Below are positions 20,361 to 32,490 of a DNA stretch of 64,000 nt, piece after piece (within the stretch, counting starts at the first letter, position 1; every line of letters starts with the position of its first letter). The position numbers and the translations under genes are program-made. Below the pieces are notes generated by a model. It was given only the letters and a program-made list of their open reading frames with translations, had not been told where the DNA came from and ran no database searches. The stretch spans positions 67,677 through 131,676 of the forward strand of contig CAYVXV010000002.1 of NCBI GenBank assembly GCA_964455555.1, given 5' to 3'. The DNA is from an uncultured Pseudomonadales bacterium. GTDB lineage: Bacteria; Patescibacteriota; Microgenomatia; UBA1400; PJMF01.

Positions 20361-20698
20361 GTATTTTCCAAGTAATAGCAGTGCTGTTTGCACTCTTTAT
20401 GCTTTATGTGATTAAGCTGCACCGAAACCGCAGAAGCATTGCCCAAACAGAAGCGTTTTTGTGGTTCTCTCTCTGGCTGTTGTTTATTGTCATCGCAATT
20501 TTTCCAGATTTGTTACTTGGCATCGCCCATGCCCTAACTTTCCAAAGAGTTTTCGACCTTTTAGTGGTCGCTGCTTTTATGATCTTGAGCGTGATGGTTT
20601 TTCTTGGCTACTTTAGGCAAAAGCGGCTGGAAGAAAGGCTGGAGCGTTATGTTAGAAAATCCGCTCTGGACAAAGGCAAAAAACAGCTAGTAAAGTAG
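20357..20698 (+). CDS. DUF2304 family small membrane protein (GacJ/Rv3632-like)
   Basis: 113 aa, 3 TM, W..LW, FP.L...IA..L...R..D and a C-terminal LE..LE.YVR..AL helix; ATGA overlap with the GT2 gene. Confidence 0.85.
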   Translation: MSIFQVIAVLFALFMLYVIKLHRNRRSIAQTEAFLWFSLWLLFIVIAIFPDLLLGIAHALTFQRVFDLLVVAAFMILSVMVFLGYFRQKRLEERLERYVRKSALDKGKKQLVK

Positions 20699-20710
20699 TG
20701 AGATAAAGCC

Positions 20711-22472
<1,762 letters not shown>

Positions 22473-22473
<1 letters not shown>

Positions 22474-23615
22474 TGAATATTTTACAAGTATCTTCCTTTC
22501 TATATCCTGCACTTGCTTACGGCGGCACTGCTAAAGTGGTGTATGACCTGTCTCAAGAGCTCTCCAAAAATCATCAGGTAACAGTATATACCACTGATTC
22601 TTTTAATAATTCTCGAAGGCTCACTGAACAGGAAAAACTGCAGAGTAGTGAGTCTTTCACCATTAGGTATTTTAAAAACATCTTAAACTCATGGGCATAT
22701 AACCTGCGTTTTGTCACTGCCTTTGGTATGGTTTGGTATTTTTTATGGAATCACAAATCTTATGATGTGGTGCATATTCACGACATCTACCTCTTCCCAC
22801 AGCTAATGATTGCCTACCTGTGCCTGCTTTTTAATAAACCGCTCATTTATTCCCCACACGGAGTGCTTGACCCTATTCGCTCAGAGAAAAGAGGGTTGAT
22901 TAAAAGGTTGCTATGGCCCAGTGCAAAATATGTATTAGCTCACTCACAAGAAGTCGTCGCCACTTCCAAGAAAGAAAAAGCTGATTTAGAGCAGTTGGGA
23001 CTCAATAATGTGGTGGTAGTACCTAATGGTGTTGCTTTTGAGGCTGTAGAGGCATCTAACAAGTACAGCGCATTTGAAAACACCAAAAAGCTGGTACTCT
23101 TATATATTGGCAAACTCCATCCGCAGAAAGGGCTTGTAGATTTGGTAGAATCGCTTACAGATTTTCAGGATGAGTATCTACTATTATTAGCTGGGCCCGA
23201 TGATGGAGCTAAAGCACAGGTAGAAGCCATTATTAAAAGCAACCACTTGAGTAACGTGGAGTTTTTGGGTTTTGTTGACTCGGCTGAAAAAGAAGAACTT
23301 TTTAAACTGGCAGATGCTTTTGTCTACCCCTCACATACAGAGGGGTTCTCGATTAGTATTTTAGAAGCACTTTCGCATGGATTGCCAGCAGTTGTTACTA
23401 AAGCATGCAATTTTCCTGAAGTCGAGCAAAAGAGAGCTGGGTTTGTATTAAATAATCAAGACCTCACTGGAGAACTAGTAAATACTTGGAAAAAACTGAA
23501 AAATAAAAAAGGGCAATTAACCGTAATGAAACAAAATGCCAAAGAACTCATTAATAGAGCATACTCAATTGAGAAAATGGCGGGTAGAATGACAGATATC
23601 TATGAAGCTGCGTAA
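22473..23615 (+). CDS. GT4 glycosyltransferase
   Basis: YGG, SPHG.LD, QKG, PSHTEGFSISILEAL; TAATG overlap with fcl. Confidence 0.88.
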
Positions 23616-24600
23616 GCCAATACTTGGTATTGTCCCATATGTTTTAATTGTCTTATTAGTACTTGGTGCTGAGTTTATTCAAGTTCCATATTTTCCACTG
23701 ATATCTGTAGTACTATTTTGGCTGAGCATTGTTTACCTACCATTTCCAAAAAAAATAGCAGCTAGAATTCAACAAACCCCACTTGTATACTTACTTCCCA
23801 TCTATTCTTTTATAGTTTACCTAATCATTCGGGTAATTAATCCTTACAATCTCTATCGATTTCAAGTCATCAAAGATTTTTGTCAAATAAATTCTCAAGC
23901 CTGCGGCAATGCTTCAGAGTGGTTTTATACCCTCAAGATCTACCGGCTAGTTACTCTTTCTCCACAGGTGTTTTTCTATCTCGGTGGAGTAATGCTGCTC
24001 ATTTATTATCATGCTGAAATTCGGCAGTGGGTGAAGAAAACCGCAAGCGGACAGGACATCATTTCACAGTTTTTCTTTTTATTGCTTTTTATCCTAATTA
24101 TAAATCATGGAGCTGGTGCCTTTAATACCATAGTAAATGGATTTGTTAAAACTACCTATGCCATAGATACTCAGCGCAATGAGCGTTTTGAGGAACACTT
24201 TGGCGGCAGGCAATCTATTGGCTTTATTTATTCTTTTGCCGAATTCATAAATAAATATGTGCATGAAAATGAAATTTTGTTTATTCCCCCGCAATCGGGC
24301 TCATTTGTAATTGAGGGTAACGCACAATACATTCGTTACTTTATTTATCCTAGAAAAACAACTTCTGCAGAAATAATTGAGGGTACTGAAATACCTGAAG
24401 ATGCGGATTGGATACTCATTACTTATGGTCTTGACTGGCATCAAGAGCATGTTTGGCCACGATTTACAATTCCGTCAGAAGACATTGAAAGAATTTATTT
24501 ACTTGATAGACCCACAGGAGAAGTTACTGAACTGGAAAACACGGAATACACCCCATCATATGAAACTGAACAGTATGGTTTAATTAAACTTAAAGAATAA
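23602..24600 (+). CDS. Membrane protein, about 5 TM plus a C-terminal soluble domain
   Basis: N-terminal hydrophobic helices; C-terminal FAEFINKY...FIPPQ...RYFIYPR domain. Confidence 0.65.
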   Translation: MKLRKPILGIVPYVLIVLLVLGAEFIQVPYFPLISVVLFWLSIVYLPFPKKIAARIQQTPLVYLLPIYSFIVYLIIRVINPYNLYRFQVIKDFCQINSQACGNASEWFYTLKIYRLVTLSPQVFFYLGGVMLLIYYHAEIRQWVKKTASGQDIISQFFFLLLFILIINHGAGAFNTIVNGFVKTTYAIDTQRNERFEEHFGGRQSIGFIYSFAEFINKYVHENEILFIPPQSGSFVIEGNAQYIRYFIYPRKTTSAEIIEGTEIPEDADWILITYGLDWHQEHVWPRFTIPSEDIERIYLLDRPTGEVTELENTEYTPSYETEQYGLIKLKE

Positions 24601-24601
24601 T

Positions 24602-25948
24602 ATGACTCATATTTTATTTGCGATTATCATTGTAGTAATATCAATAGTAGGCGTATTATTTTCATTGCTTTTTACAGGAAAGAAGCTCAATATCGAATCT
24701 ATTGGTCTTTCCATGCTTCTAGGTCCACTAGCTGTTACATATACTCACTTTCTGGCATATCAATACTTAGATGTTCCATTCAACCTTAGAACTTTATTCG
24801 TCGTAATTGCCGGCTTAGTGCTTATTGGTATCCTGCTGTTATTCTTGCATGGCCAAAAACTCAGATTAGATATAAGACAGAGCACAGTCCGCTCTTTTTC
24901 TAAGCCGGCCAAGCTTCTCATTGGCGTAATTTCGCTTGTTATTGGCTTCGTATGGTTACAAAATTTGGTATGGCCAATTTTTGAATGGGACGCATTAACG
25001 CTCTATGATTTTAGAGGCAGAATCTTAGCCACCGAGGGTATGTTTACTCAGGACATACTTACAAAATACTTTTTTGGTTATCCACCGTTTACCTCATTGC
25101 TACATAGTTATGGATACATGGCAGGCGTAGTCTATATAAAAATCTGGTATGCATATTTATATACTGGCTTAATCCTCACCTTTTACGCTTGGTTGCGAAA
25201 AGACACCACGCGAATGCTGGCGTTGTTTGGGGCCTTGCTACTAGCAATTTCCCCCCATATCTTAAGCCATGGTCTCATCGCCTACACCAATTTACCCTAT
25301 GCACTCTATTTTTCATTGGGAAGTCTTTATATTTTAGACTGGCTGAAATCGGATAGTAGGGCAGCGTTACTGGTTGGGAGCATTATGGTTGCCGGGAGTA
25401 GCTGGGTACGCTTAACAGAACCATTTTGGGTAATAGCCATTTTACTTATAATTGCAGGGGTAGCATGGAAGAAAAAAGAAATTATAACTGGAGTATTTGC
25501 AGTGTTCTTGATTATTTTTGCACGTCAACCGTGGCTGCAGTTTCGAGCAGCTATTCATGACCTCAACACCAGCACTGCATTGAATCAGGTAGTGAATAAT
25601 GTTAATAAAGGCAGCGATAGCTATTTACAGTATTTATATAGCGTTCCAGAAGTAATTCCCTTTGTAGCTGAAGCGTTAGAGAAAGTAGTTGCTACATTTA
25701 TTCTTCTACTGCTACTAAGTTTGATGATAGTTGTTAAGAACCGAGACTACAATTTATTGCGATATCATATTGTCTGGCTAGCTGCTGTAGGGATAATTCT
25801 CTACGGAACCTTTGCACTCAGTGTTTCAACAGACTATTGGAACAAAATACCTGGCTCACTCACGAGAATGAGTATATTTTTGGTGATTTTCTTTGTTGCC
25901 ATTATTATAAAAACAACGCAACTAAGTCTAAATGAGTCTACAAAATGA
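24602..25948 (+). CDS. Polytopic GT-C-like (PMT_2-type) glycosyltransferase
   Basis: PIFEWDALTLYDFRGR loop, GYPP, AYTNLP, R..E; about 12-13 TM. Confidence 0.7.
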   Translation: MTHILFAIIIVVISIVGVLFSLLFTGKKLNIESIGLSMLLGPLAVTYTHFLAYQYLDVPFNLRTLFVVIAGLVLIGILLLFLHGQKLRLDIRQSTVRSFSKPAKLLIGVISLVIGFVWLQNLVWPIFEWDALTLYDFRGRILATEGMFTQDILTKYFFGYPPFTSLLHSYGYMAGVVYIKIWYAYLYTGLILTFYAWLRKDTTRMLALFGALLLAISPHILSHGLIAYTNLPYALYFSLGSLYILDWLKSDSRAALLVGSIMVAGSSWVRLTEPFWVIAILLIIAGVAWKKKEIITGVFAVFLIIFARQPWLQFRAAIHDLNTSTALNQVVNNVNKGSDSYLQYLYSVPEVIPFVAEALEKVVATFILLLLLSLMIVVKNRDYNLLRYHIVWLAAVGIILYGTFALSVSTDYWNKIPGSLTRMSIFLVIFFVAIIIKTTQLSLNESTK

Positions 25949-26958
25949 AAACTATAATCCTACACAATATCATCTCTAATAATTCGGTATATAAACTATC
26001 AAGCTATATTAAAAGACATAAAGAAGAGTTGGGAAATGTTGAGGTATGGTTTTGTGCTGAGACTGAGGACAATAGACAATGGACGCTGCAAGAAGAGATA
26101 GATTTTGAGTACACTGTACTTAGTGGTAATGAAATAAAGTTACGAGGAAAAGACCTTTTTACCTATTTTATAAACTGGAACATCTGGAAAAAACTTACTG
26201 CAGCTAATCCGGATAGATTAATCATCAACGGCTGGGACCAGTTTGCCTACCAACTCTCATTTTTTTGGGGCTGGCTCTATAAAAAGAAGCTCACACTGTG
26301 GAGTGGCAGCACTAAATACGAAAAAAGTTGGAGGAGAACACTCACAAAGCCATTGGTGAGGTGGTTTGTGTGGACTAGTGACAATTATATTGCCTATGGC
26401 ACTAGAGCAAAGGAATATTTAGTTTCCCTCGGTGCTCAAAGAGATAAAATTGAGATCTTTCTGAATGATGTCAATAAAGAGTACTTTACAACCCAGGCAA
26501 AGAAATTACGATTCCAAAAGGAAGTATTAGTATTAAAGGAAAAATATGGACTTACACAACAATTTAACTTGCTTTTTGTTGGGCAGTTTATTGAACGTAA
26601 AGGGATTCTAGATCTTTTGCAAACATATTGTAACTTAAAAGAGAGTGGCACGATTGATAAGTGGGGGTTAGTTTTAGTTGGGTCTGGACTGCTTGAAGAG
26701 AAAATGGGAGCTATAATTAAAGCAAGAAAAATTAAAGATGTGGTATTTCTTGGGCATGTGGATCAGTACGACTTGCCTGAGGTGTACGCAATATGCGATA
26801 TCTTGGTGTTGCCCTCCCGTGAAGAAGTGTGGGGGCTTGTGGTGAACGAGGCATTGTATTCTGGATTGACAGTTGTTGTCTCAAACGCGTGCGGATGTGT
26901 GCCAGATATTGTACAAGAACATAAAAAGGGTTACACTTTTAAAATAGAAAACGAGTAA
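25945..26958 (+). CDS. GT4 glycosyltransferase, apparently C-terminally truncated
   Basis: FVGQFIERKG and PSREEVWGLVVNEAL are present, but the protein stops right after KGYTF and lacks the usual terminal helices. Confidence 0.75.
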   Translation: MKTIILHNIISNNSVYKLSSYIKRHKEELGNVEVWFCAETEDNRQWTLQEEIDFEYTVLSGNEIKLRGKDLFTYFINWNIWKKLTAANPDRLIINGWDQFAYQLSFFWGWLYKKKLTLWSGSTKYEKSWRRTLTKPLVRWFVWTSDNYIAYGTRAKEYLVSLGAQRDKIEIFLNDVNKEYFTTQAKKLRFQKEVLVLKEKYGLTQQFNLLFVGQFIERKGILDLLQTYCNLKESGTIDKWGLVLVGSGLLEEKMGAIIKARKIKDVVFLGHVDQYDLPEVYAICDILVLPSREEVWGLVVNEALYSGLTVVVSNACGCVPDIVQEHKKGYTFKIENE

Positions 26959-26960
26959 GT

Positions 26961-28235
26961 ATGAAAAAGATTAGTGTTATAGGTTTGGGGTATGTTGGCC
27001 TTCCCACCCTAGTAGCAATTGCAAAATCTGAAAAATTTGAGGCTGTAGGTCTTGATGTAGATAAGAATAAGATTAAACAAATTAATGATGGCAATTGTCC
27101 AATTGACGATGATATTGTTGCTGAATATCTTAAATTTCATTCATTACATGTAAGCACAGACCCTAAAATTATAAAAGATAGTGATGTATTTATTATTTGT
27201 GTACCTACTCCAATATATGACGATTATTTACCAAACTATGAGTATGTTTTAGCTGCATCAAGTACGGTTGCAAAATATATAACAAAAGGCAGTCACGTAG
27301 TGCTTGAATCTACGGTCAACCCAGGTACTTCTGAAGAGCTAGTAGTGCCCCTACTCAATAAAGAAGCCAGGCTTACGGCAGGAAAAGATTTTAATGTTAC
27401 CCACTGCCCTGAAAGAATAAATCCAGGGGATAATAAGTGGACTATTTACAATATAAATCGTAATATTGGCTCAATTGATCAAAAACTTAATCATGAAATT
27501 GCTGAAATATACAGGCAGTTTTTACCCGAAATTGAGGTAAATGAAGTAAGTGAACTAAAAATTGCTGAGTCTACAAAAATACTTGAAAACACCTATCGTG
27601 ATGTTAATATTGCCCTCGTAAATGAAATTGCAAAATCATTTGATGTACTAGGCATTGACCTGAAAGAAACCATAGATGCATCGGCTAATAAACCATTTGG
27701 CTACATGCCGCATTGGCCAGGATGTGGTGTTGGTGGACACTGCATTGCAGTAGATCCTTATTTCCTTATAGATAGAGCAGCCAGAAGCGGGTTTAACCAT
27801 GAATTTCTAAAGCTGGCACGTGATATTAATAACAGTATGCCTGAATATACTGTTCGAAAACTGATTCTAACCCTAAACAAGTTGGGCATGCCAGTTAGGG
27901 GTACTAAAGTCGGACTCCTTGGCTTAACTTATAAACCAGACGTAGCAGATACAAGAGAAAGCCCGGCATTTCAAATTCTCTGGCGATTAGAAAAGCTTTA
28001 TGCTGATGTAACTACCTATGATCCATACGTAAAATCTGATACTGATAATTTAGAAGAAATTGTTAGCTCATCAACTGCCCTAGTTATTGCAACAAATCAT
28101 GATGTGATAGAAGCTAATCTTCTGAAACTGCTTAAAGATTCTAAGGTAAAGATCGTAATTGATGGACGAAACTGTCTAGACAAAAATTTAGTTAAAGAGC
28201 TAGGTATAGAATACAAGGGAATAGGAAGACAGTAA
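26961..28235 (+). CDS. wbpA: UDP-N-acetylhexosamine 6-dehydrogenase (WbpA/WecC type)
   Basis: GLGYVGLP, CVPTP, ESTVNPG, CPERINPG, KILENTYRDVNIA, GVGGHCI..DPY, YKPDVADTRESP. Confidence 0.85.
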   Translation: MKKISVIGLGYVGLPTLVAIAKSEKFEAVGLDVDKNKIKQINDGNCPIDDDIVAEYLKFHSLHVSTDPKIIKDSDVFIICVPTPIYDDYLPNYEYVLAASSTVAKYITKGSHVVLESTVNPGTSEELVVPLLNKEARLTAGKDFNVTHCPERINPGDNKWTIYNINRNIGSIDQKLNHEIAEIYRQFLPEIEVNEVSELKIAESTKILENTYRDVNIALVNEIAKSFDVLGIDLKETIDASANKPFGYMPHWPGCGVGGHCIAVDPYFLIDRAARSGFNHEFLKLARDINNSMPEYTVRKLILTLNKLGMPVRGTKVGLLGLTYKPDVADTRESPAFQILWRLEKLYADVTTYDPYVKSDTDNLEEIVSSSTALVIATNHDVIEANLLKLLKDSKVKIVIDGRNCLDKNLVKELGIEYKGIGRQ

Positions 28236-29266
28236 TGAAAAAGATAAGTGTGGGTGTTATTGGTCTTGGAAGAATTTCACCTCGGCATATTGCAGATTCT
28301 ATCGATAAAATTGAGGCATTAGAACTTGCGGCCGTATGTGACATCGACGAGAGTACTTTTGAGCCATATCAAAACAGAGATATAGCATTTTACACTGGTT
28401 ACAATGACCTCATTAACGATAATAATGTGGACGTGGTTGCTATCGCCACCCCCAATGGATACCACTTTGAAATGGCTAAAGCAGTGGCTAAGGCTGGAAA
28501 GCACTGTGTATTGGAAAAACCTATAACCCAAGATCAAGAGACCGCACAACAACTCGTTGAGATTTTTGGAAATAGTGATGGCATTTTGTTTCCAGTTCTC
28601 CAAGTTCGCTTTAATCCAGTAATACAAAAAATTAAAGAGGTAATAAAAAATAATAACTTAGGTAAATTATTTTCTGCAACTTTAACTATCAGGTGGACCA
28701 GACCTCAGGAATATTTTGATGAGAGCGATTGGAAGGGAACAAAGGATATGGATGGTGGTTCATTGCTTACCCAAGCCATCCATTACATTGATGCTACGCA
28801 ATATATATTGGGTCCTGTAGATTCAGCCTTTGGAACAGTAGAAACAGCAGTAAGAGATATTGAAACTGAAGATACAGTTAAAGCACTTTTGTCTTTTAAA
28901 AATGGTTTTAACGGTCTCCTAGAATTTACAGTAGCAACATATCCACATAATTTAGAGTCTTCACTCATGATAATGGGAGAGACCGGAACTGTTAAAATTG
29001 GTGGTAAAGCTATGAATGAGCTCGAAGAGTGGCTGGTGGAAAATATGCCGCGGCCAAGTATTGAAAAGGGCTTAGATCCTAACGTATACGCCGGCGGCAA
29101 GTATACCGGCTCCTGTCCCAATCATTATAGAATTTACGAAAATGTGGTTGAGGTGCTTCAACATGAGAAAAAACCATATATTTCTGGACAAGATGCTGTA
29201 CATGCCATCGAAATTATTCGTGCCATTAAGTCCTCATCCAGCTCAGGAAAGGTTGAGAAAATATGA
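28235..29266 (+). CDS. wbpB: Gfo/Idh/MocA oxidoreductase (WbpB/WlbA-like UDP-GlcNAcA 3-dehydrogenase)
   Basis: GLGRI, ATPNG.H, LEKP, Q.RFNP, WTRPQEYF...WKGT..MDGG.L..QAIHY; context. Confidence 0.8.
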   Translation: MKKISVGVIGLGRISPRHIADSIDKIEALELAAVCDIDESTFEPYQNRDIAFYTGYNDLINDNNVDVVAIATPNGYHFEMAKAVAKAGKHCVLEKPITQDQETAQQLVEIFGNSDGILFPVLQVRFNPVIQKIKEVIKNNNLGKLFSATLTIRWTRPQEYFDESDWKGTKDMDGGSLLTQAIHYIDATQYILGPVDSAFGTVETAVRDIETEDTVKALLSFKNGFNGLLEFTVATYPHNLESSLMIMGETGTVKIGGKAMNELEEWLVENMPRPSIEKGLDPNVYAGGKYTGSCPNHYRIYENVVEVLQHEKKPYISGQDAVHAIEIIRAIKSSSSSGKVEKI

Positions 29267-29832
29267 TGGAGGACTACTTTGCACACCAGTCTGCATTCAT
29301 TGATGAAGGAGCGAATGTTGGTAAAGGAGCACGGATTTGGCATAACACGCATGTAACAGAAACTGCCATAATTGGGGAGAAATCCAATGTTGGGCAGAAT
29401 TGCTTCGTGGCAGGAAAAGTTGGTAATAACTGCAAGCTGCAAAATAATGTTAACGTGTACCAAGGTGTCAAATTGGGCAATTATGTATTTTGCGGCCCAT
29501 CTATGACCTTTACCAATGATAAGTCTCCAAGAGCTCAATTTCCAAAAAATGGAGAGTATTTAGCAACAACAGTAGGTAATAATGTTACTTTTGGTGCTGG
29601 CTCTGTAATTCTTTCTAACATTTCCATAGGAGACTGGGCATTTATTGGTGCAGGCGCAGTTGTCACTAAAGATGTGCTAGATTACGCTTTAATAGTTGGC
29701 AATCCTGGAAAACAAATTGGCTGGGCATGTGAGTGTGGCTTATCTCTAGGGAATATGCATGATTCGGTTGTATGCAACAATTGCGGGAAAACATATCAAC
29801 TCAATGATAAGAAGGAACTTAAAAGAGTATGA
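29263..29832 (+). CDS. wbpD: Hexapeptide N-acetyltransferase (WbpD/WlbB-like)
   Basis: H.SAFIDEGA.VG.G.RIWH, QNNVNVY.GV, FCGPSM.FTN...PR, GNP.KQIGW.CECG and a CxxC tail. Confidence 0.88.
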   Translation: MMEDYFAHQSAFIDEGANVGKGARIWHNTHVTETAIIGEKSNVGQNCFVAGKVGNNCKLQNNVNVYQGVKLGNYVFCGPSMTFTNDKSPRAQFPKNGEYLATTVGNNVTFGAGSVILSNISIGDWAFIGAGAVVTKDVLDYALIVGNPGKQIGWACECGLSLGNMHDSVVCNNCGKTYQLNDKKELKRV

Positions 29833-30929
29833 GCAGAATTCCAATGGTAGATCTACAAGCTCAATATCAAAGTATTAAAGATGAAATTGATGCTGCTTTT
29901 TCTTCAGTAATTTCCGACACCGCCTTTGTTGGCGGAAAATACGTTAAACAGTTTGAAGAAGATTTGGCTGAGTATTTATCTGTACCGTATGTTATTGGAG
30001 TAAATTCGGGGACAGACGCACTCTTTCTTTCGCTTAAGGCACTTAATATAGGGAAGGGTGATGAAGTCATTACCACACCATTTACTTTCTTTGCTACTGC
30101 GGAAGTTATTGCCCAAACCGGTGCCACTCCCGTTTTTGTTGATATTAATCCTAATACATTTAACATTAATGTTGATTTAATAGAAGAAGCCATAACCAAA
30201 AATACCAAAGCAATTATACCTGTACATCTTTATGGTTTACCTGCAGAAATGAGTAAGCTAATGAAGATTGCAGATAAACATAAGCTTGAGGTAATCGAGG
30301 ACGCATGTCAAGCTATTGGTGCAAGAATTGGCAATAAAAGGGTTGGTACTATTGGCACTACTGGGTGCTTTAGCTTTTTTCCTTCAAAGAATTTAGGTGC
30401 CTATGGAGATGGCGGTGCTGTTGTAACACATGATAAAAACATATATAACAAAATTATTAAACTAAGAAATCATGGTTCTAAAAAGAAATACTTTAATGAA
30501 GAACTTGGGTTTAGCAGCAGATTAGATGGGCTACAGGCAGCAATACTGAGTGCAAAGCTGCCCTATTTAGATAAATGGAATGAACTACGAAGACACCATG
30601 CTCAGGGCTATTCAAAAGCACTAGCAGAAAATGAATCCCTGACTACTCCGAAATATGATTTTGATTCAGATAAGTACCATGTCTTTCATCAATACACAAT
30701 TAGAACTGAAAATAGAAGTAGAATACAAAACATCCTAGTTGAAAATGGTATCGATAGTATGATCTATTATCCTGTACCCCTTCATCTTCTTCCTGCATTT
30801 GAGTACCTTGGTTATACAGAGGGGGATTTTCCAGAAGCTGAAAAGGCAAGTAGTGCAGTGTTAAGTTTGCCGATGTATCCAGAATTACAACAAAGTATTA
30901 TCTCCATAATTACTGGCTCGATACAGTGA
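29829..30929 (+). CDS. wbpE: DegT/DnrJ/EryC1/StrS aminotransferase (WbpE/WlbC-like)
   Basis: DLQAQY, NSGTDAL, FTFFATAE, EDACQA, SFFPSKNLG.YGDGG, SRLD..QAAIL. Confidence 0.85.
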   Translation: MSRIPMVDLQAQYQSIKDEIDAAFSSVISDTAFVGGKYVKQFEEDLAEYLSVPYVIGVNSGTDALFLSLKALNIGKGDEVITTPFTFFATAEVIAQTGATPVFVDINPNTFNINVDLIEEAITKNTKAIIPVHLYGLPAEMSKLMKIADKHKLEVIEDACQAIGARIGNKRVGTIGTTGCFSFFPSKNLGAYGDGGAVVTHDKNIYNKIIKLRNHGSKKKYFNEELGFSSRLDGLQAAILSAKLPYLDKWNELRRHHAQGYSKALAENESLTTPKYDFDSDKYHVFHQYTIRTENRSRIQNILVENGIDSMIYYPVPLHLLPAFEYLGYTEGDFPEAEKASSAVLSLPMYPELQQSIISIITGSIQ

Positions 30930-31969
30930 AAATTTTTACTGGTTATACAAATATTGCAGGGCACAGCAGTAGTCTAGTAACGGAGCTGAGAAAGCGGAAT
31001 ATAGTAGCAACATTTATTTCATTTTCTCCACATAAATATGGTTACGATAGTAGTTTCCCTACATTAAATATTGAAAGATTTCAACTATCTCAAAAAAGCA
31101 TGTTTTCTCTTTCTGGTTTTATATCGAGACTTGAACTTTTAATCGTATTGATTGTGAATTTTATTAAAATAGGTTCAAATCATGACACCTTTGTTTTTTG
31201 GGCGGGAAAATCTTTGTTGCCAGGAAATCTTGACCTACCCATTTTAAAATTACTAAAAAAAAATGTGATTATGATATTTGTTGGTACCTTTGCCCGAGGT
31301 GGAGAATTTTCAAAACTGATTCAGGAAAGACCTTTCTCACCTTATTCAAATTATAAGCCAAATAGATTAATGGAATTTAGAAGGTCATTACAAATTAGGT
31401 TTATTGAAGTATTTTCAGATATTAGATATGCTCAAAAAGAATATGATCATTTTTTAACAAAGGACTATTTTAAGTATTTTCAGCCTTTTCCTACATACAG
31501 TAAAACTAATAGTAGAAATACATCAAATAGATTTAAAATAACCCATAGCCCTAGTAATCGTCATATTAAAGGAACTGAATATGTAATTAGTGCCATAAAT
31601 AAACTTAATAACTTTTATGATTTTGATTTTGAACTTCTTGAGAACATTCCTAATGATGAAGTTATCAAAAAATTATCTTCCAGTTCATTACATATTGACC
31701 AACTCCTACTTGGAGGCTATGGCACATCAGCTATTGAAGCAATGTCATTTGGAATACCTGTTGTTGCAAACATTAGTTGCATTGATAACAAAAGCAGTTG
31801 CCCTATCATACATGCAACACCAGATACATTATATGAGGTAATTGAAGATATTATTGTTAATAATAAAATTCCAGACAGCAAAACTTTGCAAAGATATGTT
31901 TTTAAGAATCACGATATTGAAATATTTACAAATAGGTTAGTGAGTGATATTCATGAAATTGAGTCGTAA
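30926..31969 (+). CDS. GT4-like glycosyltransferase
   Basis: NIAG, HSPSNRHIKGT, IDQL..G.YG..AIEAMSFGIPVV; very AT-rich. Confidence 0.75.
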   Translation: MKIFTGYTNIAGHSSSLVTELRKRNIVATFISFSPHKYGYDSSFPTLNIERFQLSQKSMFSLSGFISRLELLIVLIVNFIKIGSNHDTFVFWAGKSLLPGNLDLPILKLLKKNVIMIFVGTFARGGEFSKLIQERPFSPYSNYKPNRLMEFRRSLQIRFIEVFSDIRYAQKEYDHFLTKDYFKYFQPFPTYSKTNSRNTSNRFKITHSPSNRHIKGTEYVISAINKLNNFYDFDFELLENIPNDEVIKKLSSSSLHIDQLLLGGYGTSAIEAMSFGIPVVANISCIDNKSSCPIIHATPDTLYEVIEDIIVNNKIPDSKTLQRYVFKNHDIEIFTNRLVSDIHEIES

Positions 31970-32475
31970 TTCTCAATATGTTTTACGATTTTTGCTGGAA
32001 CTCCCGCAAGTATTACATTCTCTTCCTTGAAAGATTTTGTTACTACCGCACCAGCAGCAACTATTGTATGTTCCCCTATTTCAACTTCTGGCAATATCAC
32101 AGCATTTGCACCAATCCAGCAATTTGATTTTATTTTGATTGGTTTAGCTCTGTTCCATATTTTAAAATTATTAACGTCATGGTTTGCTGAAATAATTTTT
32201 ACACCTGGTCCAATGTAAATATTATCTTGTAATACAATTCCATTAGCAGCCTGAGTGTAGCATCCGGGCATAAATCCTGGATAATATTTAGACTTGCCCA
32301 TGGTAATTTTGTTGTGGCTTGTGACAATAGACGACCAGTGTACTAACCAAGGGACATTTCCATTTATTCTTAGAATTCTTTGAAATAAGTAATATTGAAA
32401 ATACTTGGAAAATCCTAAAGACATAACTTTAGGTGGCAAAATTTTTTTTATGATTGTTTTTAGTAAAAGTTTCAT
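31951..32475 (-). CDS. Hexapeptide (LbH) sugar acetyltransferase
   Basis: IGPGVKIISANH, WIGANAVILP.V.IG, AAGAVVTKSF, GVPAK. Confidence 0.85.
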   Translation of the reverse strand: MKLLLKTIIKKILPPKVMSLGFSKYFQYYLFQRILRINGNVPWLVHWSSIVTSHNKITMGKSKYYPGFMPGCYTQAANGIVLQDNIYIGPGVKIISANHDVNNFKIWNRAKPIKIKSNCWIGANAVILPEVEIGEHTIVAAGAVVTKSFKEENVILAGVPAKIVKHIENYDSIS

Positions 32476-32490
32476 ATTCTAATGGTTTTT

